Source: Candidatus Binatia bacterium
Lineage (GTDB): Bacteria > Desulfobacterota > Binatia > Bin18
Assembly (NCBI GenBank): GCA_963666315.2
Contig: CAXXHG010000024.1
Location: forward strand, 64,001-128,000
Length of the DNA: 64,000 nucleotides
Direction: 5' to 3'
Below the pieces are notes generated by a model. The model was not told the DNA's origin. It worked only from the letters and a program-made list of their open reading frames with translations, and did not search any database. Below are positions 19,018 through 29,395 of this stretch, piece by piece (position 1 is the first letter of the stretch; each line of letters begins with the position of its first letter). A program made the translations under genes and the position numbers.

Positions 19018-19386
19018 CTAGCCAGCCTTGGGCGTGACCGGTCGATGATAATCGCGCAGTTCTTTGATCTTGCCGTCAACGATACCGGCAATCTCAGCTC
19101 CCAGTGCTTCGACGACCTTGCCCACGCGCGGACGTGTCCCGTGGAAGAACGATTCGGCGACGGCATGACCGTCATGGCTAGTGAGAGTGTGCAGGTCGCA
19201 GTGGCCGTCAGGGAACAGGGCAAAAGACGTCTCATACGAGCGCCGGACCTCATCCTTACCCTCTATCTGGCGTCCTTGGGAATCAATAATGCGAGCGGAG
19301 TCGTGAAAGCAGGCCATGACTCCTTCGATATCGTGACTGTTAAAGGCGTCGAAATACTGTTGGATGAGCGTTTCTTCTGGCGTCAT
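19018..19386 (-). CDS. SnoaL/NTF2-like protein
   Basis: YFDAFNSHDIEGVMACFHD...GKDEVR..Y...FPDG...DGKIKELRDY; GGAGGG RBS. Confidence 0.85.
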   Translation of the reverse strand: MTPEETLIQQYFDAFNSHDIEGVMACFHDSARIIDSQGRQIEGKDEVRRSYETSFALFPDGHCDLHTLTSHDGHAVAESFFHGTRPRVGKVVEALGAEIAGIVDGKIKELRDYHRPVTPKAG

Positions 19387-19732
19387 GGTGATTCCCTCCC
19401 TGCTCCGATATTAGCGCGGTTTTCACTTGGCCGGAACCTCGCATGTGCAGGACTTCGGTAAAGCCTCTATGTTCCGTGTAGAGGGACGTAGGGTCAGACC
19501 ATTTGTCACACCTTCGGGGTGGAGTCCGGCTTTTTGGTTGTGAAGCGACGGTCTGGGTGCCTTCTCCCTGAAGGGAGAAGGCTAGGATGAGGGGGAAAGA
19601 AAGGGTGGTATTCCTTATTTTCTCATTCCTCAGGGAAGCGAGGGGTAATATGAGTTCTCGAAAGGGAAGGGCTATGCTAATCAGCAATTAAACTGGCAAA
19701 CTGGCAAACAGGAACGAATGTGAGAGAAGATA

Positions 19733-20074
19733 ATGAGTGAAAGCAATACCAAAGGCATAGTCTCTGACTATCAAGAGACGATCTCTAAATTCGGCACGCA
19801 TGAACCACGTCCCTATGGTTTGGGACTAGCGCATGGCTCTATGTACACCTTGGTCTACCGTCCACCCAATCCAGACGATCAGCAACCGCACGATCAAGAC
19901 GAGCTATATATCCCGATGAACGGCAGCGGGACGCTCGTCGTTGGTGATGAGTGCCATCCGTTCAAGACGGGAGATATGTTGTTCGTCCCAGCTCATGCAG
20001 AACATCGCTTTGAGGACTTTACGGTTGGGCTGATGCTGTGGGCGGTTTTTTATGGCCCGAAGGGCGGGGAGTAG
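19733..20074 (+). CDS. Cupin-domain protein
   Basis: QQPHDQDELY...GSG...GDMLFVPAHAEHRFEDF...WAVFYGPKGGE. Confidence 0.88.
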   Translation: MSESNTKGIVSDYQETISKFGTHEPRPYGLGLAHGSMYTLVYRPPNPDDQQPHDQDELYIPMNGSGTLVVGDECHPFKTGDMLFVPAHAEHRFEDFTVGLMLWAVFYGPKGGE

Positions 20075-20143
20075 GGGGAAACCCGCCCCGGCGCCACGCG
20101 CCACCCCTCCAAGGAGGGGATTTATGATATTCGATCTGAGACT

Positions 20144-20338
20144 ATGCTGCTCTTGGCCCTTTTGCTCTTCTTCTCCGCCTGTGATCTCTCTGATTCAAAT
20201 GAATCAAACCCGCCCGCCAAATGCACCAAGATCGGAGCCCTGTGCCAACTCCCGGACGGTCCGCTCGGCGTCTGCCTATCCGCTCCATGCTCCGGAGATG
20301 AAACTCCGCCGTGCTTTGCTTGTACCCCGCAGCACTAA
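20144..20338 (+). CDS. Small cysteine-rich lipoprotein
   Basis: Hydrophobic leader with lipobox FSA-C, followed by six Cys. Confidence 0.6.
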   Translation: MLLLALLLFFSACDLSDSNESNPPAKCTKIGALCQLPDGPLGVCLSAPCSGDETPPCFACTPQH

Positions 20339-20353
20339 AGGAAGCTCCCCATC

Positions 20354-20641
20354 TTATTCTGGACTTTCTTGAGTCAAGAATTCACGCAGCAGCTCATAGA
20401 CCGTCTGTCGCGGTCCCACATAGATAATCAGGATCCTCGTGGTCTCGATCTGATAAAAAATCCGATAGCGGGCAACAGGGAAAGACCATAGGCCTGAGAG
20501 TGCTCTTTGGAGGGGTCTCCCTTTGCGTGAATTTTTGGCCAGCTCATCCATTGTCCTGCGCAGAATTCGCTTGAGATCAGGATGAAGATGGCGGAGAACG
20601 CGCTGCGTTGTTTCTGAAACAAATACGGGAAGTCGCTTCAT
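20354..20641 (-). CDS. RelE/ParE-family toxin
   Basis: KGRPLQRALSGLWSFPVARYRIFYQI...IYVGPRQTVY. Confidence 0.85.
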   Translation of the reverse strand: MKRLPVFVSETTQRVLRHLHPDLKRILRRTMDELAKNSRKGRPLQRALSGLWSFPVARYRIFYQIETTRILIIYVGPRQTVYELLREFLTQESPE

Positions 20642-20904
20642 TCGTCGAATGCGTCAGCAAGGCGAACGACTCGGCCAGCCTGAACGTCCTTTAGCCCAGC
20701 TCGGATTGCTCGTACCGCCTGTCGACCGGCGAGAATATCAATAGTCTCTAACAGACCTGAGAACTCTTCGTAGTTGAGGAGAACGGCTTTTGGCAATCTA
20801 TTGTTGGTAATCACAATATTCTCGTGCTCGTCTTCAACCCGACGTAACAATTCGAGCAATTTAGCCTTAGCCAACGAGACCGGAATATGTTTCTCAATAT
20901 TCAT
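20638..20904 (-). CDS. Phd/YefM antitoxin
   Basis: IPVSLAKAKLLELLRRVE...IVIT...AVLLNYEEFSGLLETIDIL; ATGA overlap with the toxin. Confidence 0.88.
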   Translation of the reverse strand: MNIEKHIPVSLAKAKLLELLRRVEDEHENIVITNNRLPKAVLLNYEEFSGLLETIDILAGRQAVRAIRAGLKDVQAGRVVRLADAFDE

Positions 20905-21053
20905 AACAGCCTAGTCATTTAAATGTCTGTTATTCTGTCTGTAGCAAAAACCCGGTACAGTCAATGAAATAGCCTCCATAGCTCCTAAGTTGACCATCAC
21001 CGCCTGGTATGATTAGCGGCTAGGTTGAGCTTTGCAATCGGGAGAAAACACGC

Positions 21054-22406
21054 ATGAGCAATTACGATTATGATTTCTTTGTCTTAGGTGCCGGTTCCGG
21101 TGGGGTGCGGGCGAGTCGGATTGCGGCATCGTATGGGGCTAAGACTGCGGTTGTTGAAGAACGCTATCTGGGCGGAACCTGTGTGAATGTGGGCTGTATC
21201 CCCAAAAAACTGCTCGTGTATGCCTCGGAGTTCAACGATCATTTTGAGGATGCAGCTGGCTTTGGCTGGACCGTGGGCGAACGCAGGGTCGATTGGAAAA
21301 AGCTGATCGCGAACAAAGACAAAGAAATCAATCGGCTCAATGGCGTGTACCGCAATCTACTGGAAGGCGCCGGCGCGGAGATTATCGAAGGTACGGCACG
21401 CCTGACCGATGCGCATACGATAGAAGTGGAGGGAAAGCCGTATACTTCAGAATATATTTTGATTGCCACTGGTGGCTGGCCGCACTTCCCCCCAACCCCG
21501 GGCATCGAATATGCCATCACGTCCAACGAAGCTTTTCACTTAGACGAGCTGCCCACACGCGTCATCATTGTCGGTGGCGGTTATATTGCGGTCGAGTTTG
21601 CAACGATTTTCCACGGCCTTGGTGCACGAGTAACAGAACTCTACCGGGGCGCGCTGTTCTTGCGTGGCTTTGATGTGGATGTGCGCGAAATGTTGGCTGC
21701 TGCAATGCGCAAGCGCGGTGTGGGTCTACGCTTCAACGCGGACGTGAGTCGCATCGAGAAAACCGCAGATGGTATCAAAGCCTCTCTCCAGGACGGTAGC
21801 GAGCTCGAAGCCGATATCATCATGTACGCTGCCGGCCGTTTACCAAATACAAAAGACCTGGGTCTTGAGCAGGCTGGCATTGAGATGAACGATATCGGCG
21901 CGGTGTTGGTAGACGAATACTCCCGTTCCCGCGTGCCGCATATCTTTGCGGTCGGCGATTGTACAGACCGGCTGAATCTTACCCCGATGGCCGTTGCCGA
22001 GGGCCACGCAGTTGCTGAAACGCTGTTCAATAACAATCCAACCCGGCCAGATCACATGAATGTGGCGACAGCGGTCTTTAGCCATCCCAATATTGGAACA
22101 GTGGGCTTGACCGAAGAAATAGCTCGCAAAGAATACGAAGCTATTGACGTGTATACATCCGCCTTCCGTCCGCTGAAGCACACCTTGAGCGGGCGAGACG
22201 AAAATACGTTTATGAAACTGGTTGTCGATCAAAAGTCAGATCGGGTGATTGGCTGCCATATGGTCGGCCCGGATGCCGGGGAGATCATTCAGGGCATTTC
22301 TATTGCTGTCAAATGCAATGCAACTAAAGCCCAGTTCGACGCCACAATCGGCATTCATCCCACATCGGCGGAAGAGTTTGTGACCATGCGCCAAAAGGCG
22401 GCGTGA
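21054..22406 (+). CDS. gor: Glutathione-disulfide reductase
   Basis: GAGSGGVRASR, GGTCVNVGCIPKK, GGGYIAVEFA and GIHPTSAEEFVTMR motifs. Confidence 0.95.
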   Translation: MSNYDYDFFVLGAGSGGVRASRIAASYGAKTAVVEERYLGGTCVNVGCIPKKLLVYASEFNDHFEDAAGFGWTVGERRVDWKKLIANKDKEINRLNGVYRNLLEGAGAEIIEGTARLTDAHTIEVEGKPYTSEYILIATGGWPHFPPTPGIEYAITSNEAFHLDELPTRVIIVGGGYIAVEFATIFHGLGARVTELYRGALFLRGFDVDVREMLAAAMRKRGVGLRFNADVSRIEKTADGIKASLQDGSELEADIIMYAAGRLPNTKDLGLEQAGIEMNDIGAVLVDEYSRSRVPHIFAVGDCTDRLNLTPMAVAEGHAVAETLFNNNPTRPDHMNVATAVFSHPNIGTVGLTEEIARKEYEAIDVYTSAFRPLKHTLSGRDENTFMKLVVDQKSDRVIGCHMVGPDAGEIIQGISIAVKCNATKAQFDATIGIHPTSAEEFVTMRQKAA

Positions 22407-22430
22407 ACCGCAGGCTATCGGCTCACGCCC

Positions 22431-22453
22431 GGGCGAGGTGACCTCGCCCCTAC
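22431..22453 (-). repeat. GTAG-type REP palindrome
   Basis: Reverse complement GTAGGGGCGAGGTCACCTCGCCC; near-identical copy at 25282-25304. Confidence 0.65.
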
Positions 22454-22461
22454 ATCATTAA

Positions 22462-23151
22462 TTACGGCCAAATAACCCGGACTTCTTCGACCAGCAGGCC
22501 GACTGAATTTCGAATATCAACAAAATTCGGTACGTCGTTAAACTGCTCGACTTGCATCTCGTCAGAATGCCAGCCTTTTTCAAATGAGGCCATATCCGCC
22601 CAGGACAGTTCGGCGACGCCGTCGTACTTGGGCGTTTCGGCTCCATATGTCTCCGGTGCCACGTGGCATTGGACGTAGCGCTGCAGTCCAGGAGTTTTGG
22701 GAACTATGGGTGCATGTTTATTATGCCAATAATCCTGGAACTCGGCGACACTCAGGCCTGGTTTACGCTTGATCAGGAAAAGTGCTTTCACCCCGGGTGT
22801 GTCTTTGGCAAGCTCAGGTCCAGGTACGACCACATTCTCGCGCGTCATTAAAAACGACGGGCCTTCGTCAGAAATAAAATTCGGCTCATCCGCGTACGCG
22901 CCGTTAATGTAATCAGGATTGTCTCCCAGCCCCTGGCCCGTCTGCACATCTTCAAACCAAATTTCAGCCAAGCCTTCGTACGGACTGGTCGTAAAACCCG
23001 GAATATCTTGCGGAATCCGATGGCTCTGGACGTAGCGCTTGAGAGCCTTGATGCGCAGCGCCAACGGTGCGTGCACCTCACGCCAGTGACGGTGGAATTG
23101 TTCGAGGCTGATGTCCGGCTTTTTGGGAATGAGGGCATATCCTTTAATCAT
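22462..23151 (-). CDS. Tandem EthD-domain protein
   Basis: Two repeats of K.KP..S..EF..YW...HAP......L.RYVQ.H...Y.G.AE. Confidence 0.88.
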   Translation of the reverse strand: MIKGYALIPKKPDISLEQFHRHWREVHAPLALRIKALKRYVQSHRIPQDIPGFTTSPYEGLAEIWFEDVQTGQGLGDNPDYINGAYADEPNFISDEGPSFLMTRENVVVPGPELAKDTPGVKALFLIKRKPGLSVAEFQDYWHNKHAPIVPKTPGLQRYVQCHVAPETYGAETPKYDGVAELSWADMASFEKGWHSDEMQVEQFNDVPNFVDIRNSVGLLVEEVRVIWP

Positions 23152-23225
23152 TGTTCTTCCTCCTTACGAAGCGAAACCTTAGGGCAGGCTGAGTTTTTCA
23201 TGCGGGGCGGGGGATTGCAAGCAAT

Positions 23226-24388
23226 TCACTCAAACAAAGCCTCAAACAAAGCCTCAAACCACGGCAACACTAGCTCTTCGTTTATCGAGTATGTATACCG
23301 TGACCCCAATCGGCTAACTTTTTATAGGTGACTTCGGCAAACCCGTTCCCGATGAGGGTGGCGTTCGCCATGCGGGCGGTCATGAACGGAAAGATGAAAT
23401 CCTGCGCGCCGTGGATAATCAGAATAGGCAGAGCTCTGGCCTTTTTGACATCAAACCAGGGTGGCAGCACGCCTGCGATAGGGGCAACACCACCAAATAG
23501 GTTCGGCCGGCTTGAGCCTAGGGTGTAGGCGAAGGTTCCGCCGTCAGACAAGCCGGTAACGAGAATCCGATCCGGGTCTATGGCGTACTCTGCGCGGATG
23601 CGATTGAGCATGGCTACTATTGAGAGCACATCTGAGAGCACATCGGGATCTGGGTTTTCGATCGCCCAGGTGCGACCCAACGACTTCGGGGCAAGCACGA
23701 TATAGCCTTTACTCTTCGCCTGCCGCAGCCACGTCAACAGATATTCATCATCCATCCCACTCCCGCCGTGCAGGGCTATAATCAGCCGCCAGTGCCGGTC
23801 TGGATCATAGTTCTCCGGCACATACAGGGAATACGCGCCGTGGTTACTGGATCGTGGCTGGTGCATGAAACCGACTTTTCTCTTCTGATTGGCAGCTCTT
23901 TTTTCGAGAGCTGCGAGGCGGGCGACTGCCTCCGGCAGCACCCAATACTGCTGCAGGGTCGGTGTGTATTGACGAATGGCGTACAAGCGGTAGCGGGCGC
24001 GGGGAAACGCAGCCCGACTTTGCAAAAATGCGCCAATAAGACTGGACCGATCACTCCGCACGAAGATGCCATACGTCGTATCCAGCAGACCTATAGCTGC
24101 ACGCCAGGTTTGGTCGAAATCCTCCAGTTCCGGCAGAGACGTCAGCTCATTCAGGTCCGCTCGAATTTGGACAAATTGATTGCCGACGGTTTTTGAGAGA
24201 ACGGATTGGAGTTGGACGAATTTTGCGGGGTGTAGTTGTTCCTGAAGGGCTTCGAATGTTCTCAGGAATTCAAGCACCGGCTTCTCTTGACCGGCAATCA
24301 CTGAGCGGTATGTGTCGCTCGCATAGGTGGGGGTGGCGAGCAGGGCAAGTATGGTTAATGTGGTTAGTACGGCTATGGGGAAGCGCAA
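23226..24388 (-). pseudogene. Secreted alpha/beta-hydrolase (carboxylesterase-like) with a frameshift just after the catalytic His
   Basis: ALHGGSG, GLSDGG nucleophile motif, IHGAQDFIFP and DWGH; the natural tail YTYSINEELVLPWFE lies in another frame, ending at 23226. Confidence 0.7.
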
Positions 24389-24510
24389 CCAGTGTAGCTG
24401 GTGTGACAGTGTGCTGAGCCTGGAGCATGGTCCTCGCTTATATCAGAGATTCGACCAAAGATGAGACGGGACTGGCTACGCCTGACTGATCCTTCTTCCC
24501 AGGCAGCTTC

Positions 24511-25159
24511 TTACGACCCCGACGCGGCAACCTGCCACTCTTTGAGTTTGAGAACAACGCGGTCTTTAAGGGTTGGATGGATGCTGAAGCTGCCTTCAAC
24601 ATGTGGAAACGTTTCATTCCGCATAACCACACCTACGCCGGGTGCATAATGCGTAACGATGGTGACCGTCTCGCTGGTATTTTTATACGTGATTTCGACA
24701 CAGTGTTGAAATGTTCCGGCAGGAACTATGAGCTTTTTATCTATAGCCGTTACCCCAAAATGTCCCTCTTTATTCCGCCAGGTTGCTCCAGCCGGTGAGG
24801 GCGATTTGAGGATAAATGGGAACTTGGGGATGGTGTTGTCTAGGAGGTCGGGTTCGTACATGGAACGCCGGATCCCGCTCGGGGTCGGGACAAAGAACAA
24901 CTCAAAGCCGTTTCCCCCCAGGGAGCCTGGTATCACGCGTACGACCAACGCGTCCTCCTCCTCTCGGAGTACTTCCCAGGATTCATCCGTGACTCTATCA
25001 TCCGGATATTCAGTGGACTCGTAGACCCAGCGATTGCCGACAGTAAGTGGAAAATATTGAGCTGCCCGAGTCTTCCATTCCCGACGCAGGGCTAGCGATG
25101 AGCACGCCGCCGAGTGCAATCAGGGCCAAAGAAAAACTGAGACAAGACCTACGTTTCAT
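24511..25159 (-). pseudogene. Secreted hypothetical protein with the signal peptide out of frame
   Basis: MKRRSCLSFSLALIALGGVLIASPASG from 25159 (GGAGGG RBS) shifts frame near 25066 into YFPLTVGNRWVY...VPAGTFQHC...YAPGVGVV. Confidence 0.65.
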
Positions 25160-25281
25160 AATGGAATCCCTCCGGACGGAATAATTCTCTTTGATAGATG
25201 CTCGTCCCAGGAAAAGCGTTACCCAAAAAGGAGGACGGTATGTGATCGTTCGTGAATGTCGGTGAAACTGCGTGAACCGCT

Positions 25282-25304
25282 GGGCGAGGTACCCTCGCCC
25301 CTAC
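25282..25304 (-). repeat. GTAG-type REP palindrome
   Basis: GGGCGAGGTACCCTCGCCCCTAC, same family as 22431-22453. Confidence 0.65.
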
Positions 25305-25372
25305 AAGGTGAAGATGCCAAGATGCGAACATGCATGCCGAGATTGCCAAGATTATATACATCCGCGCTGCCG

Positions 25373-25817
25373 TTAATGGGCCGCTTTTTTCTTCTTCTTG
25401 CTTTTGCGTTTGGCCGGCGTGAGTAGCGAGACATAACTGATACCGTCTCTATTGTCCGCAGTCGTCGGCAGATTGGCCGCCTTCCAGCCAGGCATTGCCG
25501 GCTTCCATAATACTGACGTTGGTATAGCCTGCAGCAGTCAGCTTCTCCGCGGCTTGTTTCGCCCGCGGACCCTTTTCGCAACCGACGATCAGTGCGGTCT
25601 CTTTGGGACAGACGTCGTCCATAACCAGGTCAAAACTCTCATTCCGAAAGACTTCGTCCGTTGTAGGATGAAAGAACACAATGGGGACGTTGATCGTTTT
25701 GCCTTTTGGGTGGCCCTGGACGAATTCGGCCACGGTGCGCACATCGACATAGGTCACCGCAGAGTCATTATTCAGGCGCTCAAACGCTTCTTGTGGGGTG
25801 AGGGTCGCGAGACTCAT
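25373..25817 (-). pseudogene. Rhodanese-like protein with +1 frameshift near 25495
   Basis: YVDVRTVAEF.QGHP...LIVGCEKGPRA; the conserved MEAG-MPGWKAANLP tail continues in another frame to TAA at 25373. Confidence 0.78.
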
Positions 25818-25828
25818 GCGACAGCTCC

Positions 25829-26095
25829 TTACGCGGTTGGAAATTCCGGTGGGTCAAACTCACGGACAAATGGAGGAATAATGCGGCACCGTTCTCGTCC
25901 GTCTTTCGGTGCTGTGCCGGTCAGCGTGTACTCAATCCCAGCGTCTATTTCTCCACTACTCTCGCCGATACTGACTTCTTCTAGGTGATGATGCACGATT
26001 TTCCCGTTGGGCGACAGCGCAAAGATACACTCCAAGACCTTCCGGGCCGGCAGGCGGCCGTATTCAGAGTGGACCAGAGTTTCACGTTTTTTCAT
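25829..26095 (-). CDS. Hypothetical protein
   Basis: Protein-like ORF directly upstream of the rhodanese gene. Confidence 0.55.
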   Translation of the reverse strand: MKKRETLVHSEYGRLPARKVLECIFALSPNGKIVHHHLEEVSIGESSGEIDAGIEYTLTGTAPKDGRERCRIIPPFVREFDPPEFPTA

Positions 26096-26223
26096 GCCTG
26101 TTCCCATCCCCGGCCAGGGTACACACCGGCGCGCAATGATCCCATGTACTTACGGGGTTTTGTCTTGACAGGCAAACGACATCAGGCATAGCATCGCAAG
26201 CAACGAGGAGGGACCGCATTACT

Positions 26224-26874
26224 ATGCCTGATGTCAGACAGAAAGAACTCGTGAATGGGGAGGTCTGGTACCAGCCCGGAGACGAGGTGCCGAATGTTCC
26301 GACCAAGCTCTTCGCACTCCAAAATCTGTGCACCGATTGCAAGATGTGCGAGATCGCATGTTCTCTGATCCACTCACCCGATGGCATGCTGAACCCGGTC
26401 TGGACACGTATTAAAATCGACCACGCGCCCCAGGTCTCTCGGGTGTCAAAAGACGGCTTCGGATTCATGCCCGCGCTATGTCATCACTGCGCTAATCCGC
26501 CTCCGTGCGCCGAAGTCTGTCCGACGGATGCGTTCTATTATGATCCGAAAACACAAGCCGCAGTGATAGACCAGGATAAATGCATTCAGTGTATGGAATG
26601 CGTCCCCGGCTGTCCGTTTGACACCGTCTTTGTTGCTCCGACCGGTGAGCTGCTCAAGTGTGATCTATGCGGCGGCGACCCGGTTTGTGTGAAAGCCTGC
26701 TCCACCCGGCCTGAGATGTTAAATAAGGGTAAACAGTATTCTCGACTGCCCGTTCTCTTTTATGAAGATAAGGCCGCGTTCGGAAAAATCTTACGCCAGA
26801 AGCCGGAAGCGCGGGACGAAGTCGGCCTCATGCAGGCGATGTTATCAAAAGGAAAAGTGAGCTCAGCGGCGTAG
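26224..26874 (+). CDS. 4Fe-4S polyferredoxin (AorA/DmsB-like)
   Basis: CTDCKMCEIAC, CHHCANPPPCAEVCP, CIQCMECVPGCP and KCDLC...CVKAC motifs. Confidence 0.92.
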   Translation: MPDVRQKELVNGEVWYQPGDEVPNVPTKLFALQNLCTDCKMCEIACSLIHSPDGMLNPVWTRIKIDHAPQVSRVSKDGFGFMPALCHHCANPPPCAEVCPTDAFYYDPKTQAAVIDQDKCIQCMECVPGCPFDTVFVAPTGELLKCDLCGGDPVCVKACSTRPEMLNKGKQYSRLPVLFYEDKAAFGKILRQKPEARDEVGLMQAMLSKGKVSSAA

Positions 26875-26951
26875 CAACGTGGGCGCCTGTGGAGTGGATT
26901 ACCGAAGACGTCTGTGGAGCGGAACACAGGGAAGACAAAGGAGCCGCCATC

Positions 26952-28979
26952 ATGGAAAGTGGATTATTACGGGTAGATCTATCAACGGGAGAAATTAAAC
27001 GCGAAATACTTCCGCATTCCATGTTCGAACGCTGGGTGGGCGGCTCAGGCATTAATGATTGGCTGTTGTGGGAGCATTTCCTCAAGCATGACATCACGTG
27101 CGATGCGCGTAGTCCGGACAACGTGCTCATCTTCGGTGTGGGTCCCCTGGCTGGTGTGGGCTCAGGAATCGGAGTCAAAGGTCGGCTGACGTTTAAAAGC
27201 CCGTGTTACGGGTCTTTTGGCGACTCGACCGGGGGTGGCAAATTTCCGTATATAGTCCGCTTTAGCGGCTATGACTATATCGTTGTGACCGGCAAGGCGC
27301 CCCGACCCGTGTATATTCATATTTGCAATTCAGAAGTGACTATCTGTGACGCGACGCATCTGTGGGGCAAGGACAGCACCCAAACGCATGAAGCCCTGAA
27401 AAAAGAATTAGGCGATTATCCGTCAGAAGCGTATACGCTCTCGATAGGCCAGGCGGGTGAAAATCAGGTTGGTATCGCCGGGGTGATCTCTGACGGCTGG
27501 CGCATTCATGCCCGCTGCGGCGGCGGCGCTGTCATGGGTTCAAAGAACCTCAAAGCCATTGTTACCCAAGGTACGCAGGGCATTAAGATTGATAACCCAG
27601 CGGGTCTGCTCGAATGGTCGGATGACTTTCGCCAGAAGCTCGACGCGAACGAAGCCGCTTACGGCTTTAAGCGCCGCGGCACGCTGGGTGCAGTCGAGAT
27701 GTACCAAAAGATCGGCGGCAATTTCTGGCGCAATAACCAAGGGGCGATGTTTCGTGGTGACGAAGTGAACTCCGACAACTGGGTTAAAAAATATCATAAA
27801 TACTCGGAGGTGTGTTCGTCCGACTGCTATATCGCCTGTGACGGGCGCTATAAGATCGAAGGCCATGAATCAGACAAGGCCCAAAAGTATATTGGCGAGT
27901 CTTTTCGCCATCCGGAATATCTGACGACGGGCAGTAGCGCTGGTGCCTTGGATGTCCGCGACTGGGCAGAGGTCGCCCATTGGGGCAAGATTACCAACGA
28001 ATACGGCATCGATAATCAGGATTTAAGCTGCTCGATTAGTTTCCTCATGGAGCTCAAACAGCGTGATATTATTTCTGATCGCGATGTGGAAGAGCTGTTC
28101 GGTAAACCCCAGAGTTTGGAATGGGGCAACATGGAAGACATCGAAGCCCTGGTTGAAGATGTGGTCTATCAGAAAAATCCTTTTGGCTGGTTGTTCCGGG
28201 ATGGGGCCTATCATGGCGCCCTGCGCTATTCGGAACAAAAGGGCCAGAATTTTATGAAGTATGCCATGTATGGCAAGGGCGGTGCGAGTTTTACCGAAGA
28301 GATGCGGGCTTTCCCGACCTGGATGAACAATATGGCCGTGGCTTCGCGTGGTGCCGACCACCTGAAGGGCATCGGCCTTATCGAGAAATTTCAACGCAGA
28401 GATTTGTCCAAGGCCTACTTCAACGGCCGGACGGAAGCTGCCGATCCGACGATACCGGATCTCAAAGGAGCCAGTTCGGCTGTCCTGGAAAATCAGGTAG
28501 CGCTGCTTAATTCCTACGGAGTATGCCTGTTCCACTGGCTGCTCGATCCGCTCAGTTATGCGCCGGAGAGCTATTACGGTGAGGTGTATGCGGCAGTGAC
28601 CGGCATTGATCGGACCAAGGAAGAACGCATGCTGGACGGCGAGCGCATTTGCAATCTCGAAAAGGCATTTAACTCGCGCATAGGGATGCGGCGTGAGCAC
28701 GATACGATCTGCGAGCGCTGGATGCATGAACCATGTCCCGAAGGACCGTACAAAGGCCGTGTAGCTGGCGACATGTTTGAGCAAGTCCTGGACGAATATT
28801 ATGAGTGGCGTGGCTGGGACAAGGACACTGGTCTGCAAACGCGTAAAAAAATGGAAGAGCTAGGCCTGGAAGATGTTGCCGACGTGCTGGCAGCCGACAA
28901 TGCCATGGCAGGCGAAAGCCGCAGCAGTCGAGCGGTGCACGTCAAGGTCAACGTCTCTGATGTCGGTATTCCAGATTGA
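26952..28979 (+). CDS. Aldehyde:ferredoxin oxidoreductase family (tungstopterin) catalytic subunit
   Basis: LRVDLSTGEI, SIGQAGEN, GAVMGSKNLKAI, CSSDCYIAC, SRGADHL, GERICNLEKAFN and YYEWRGWD motifs. Confidence 0.93.
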   Translation: MESGLLRVDLSTGEIKREILPHSMFERWVGGSGINDWLLWEHFLKHDITCDARSPDNVLIFGVGPLAGVGSGIGVKGRLTFKSPCYGSFGDSTGGGKFPYIVRFSGYDYIVVTGKAPRPVYIHICNSEVTICDATHLWGKDSTQTHEALKKELGDYPSEAYTLSIGQAGENQVGIAGVISDGWRIHARCGGGAVMGSKNLKAIVTQGTQGIKIDNPAGLLEWSDDFRQKLDANEAAYGFKRRGTLGAVEMYQKIGGNFWRNNQGAMFRGDEVNSDNWVKKYHKYSEVCSSDCYIACDGRYKIEGHESDKAQKYIGESFRHPEYLTTGSSAGALDVRDWAEVAHWGKITNEYGIDNQDLSCSISFLMELKQRDIISDRDVEELFGKPQSLEWGNMEDIEALVEDVVYQKNPFGWLFRDGAYHGALRYSEQKGQNFMKYAMYGKGGASFTEEMRAFPTWMNNMAVASRGADHLKGIGLIEKFQRRDLSKAYFNGRTEAADPTIPDLKGASSAVLENQVALLNSYGVCLFHWLLDPLSYAPESYYGEVYAAVTGIDRTKEERMLDGERICNLEKAFNSRIGMRREHDTICERWMHEPCPEGPYKGRVAGDMFEQVLDEYYEWRGWDKDTGLQTRKKMEELGLEDVADVLAADNAMAGESRSSRAVHVKVNVSDVGIPD

Positions 28980-29013
28980 TGTCGGTATTCCAGATTAAGG
29001 AAAGGACACCAAC

Positions 29014-29295
29014 GTGATTACAGTCCAAGCTGAGTATATGGCTCGTTTTAAAGAGATTACGCAGGTCACGCGCGAGACCATCCAACTGGAGCAGCCCAGC
29101 ATGGCGGAGCTGGCGCAGATCCTGACGACCAAATATGGTTCGGTGATGGAGGCGTTGCTGATTGATCCGAATACGAAAGACCTGAACACCAATGGCACTC
29201 TGTTTATGGATTCAACCGGACGCCGCTTGTTTATTGAGGATAGCTTGGCAGATGGTGAAACCGTCTCCTTCATGGTTGGTATAGCCGGGGGCTAG
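29014..29295 (+). CDS. MoaD/ThiS-family ubiquitin-like protein
   Basis: LADGETVSFMVGIAGG C-terminus; follows the AOR gene. Confidence 0.85.
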   Translation: MITVQAEYMARFKEITQVTRETIQLEQPSMAELAQILTTKYGSVMEALLIDPNTKDLNTNGTLFMDSTGRRLFIEDSLADGETVSFMVGIAGG

Positions 29296-29334
29296 ACGAC
29301 TCCTCAGGAGGGGCACCCGTCTGGTTTCGGGTGT

Positions 29335-29362
29335 GTAGGGGCGCAGCTTGCTGCGCCCCTAC
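29335..29362 (+). repeat. GTAG-type REP palindrome
   Basis: GTAGGGGCGCAGC-TT-GCTGCGCCCCTAC. Confidence 0.7.
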
Positions 29363-29395
29363 GTTGTTGTGCCGTATGAAAAAAGTGTAACGAAT

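Noticed and set aside
17931-19253. 440-aa ORF as a single gene
   Set aside because: It merges off-frame SnoaL sequence, the frameshifted ldh and read-through into the next gene.
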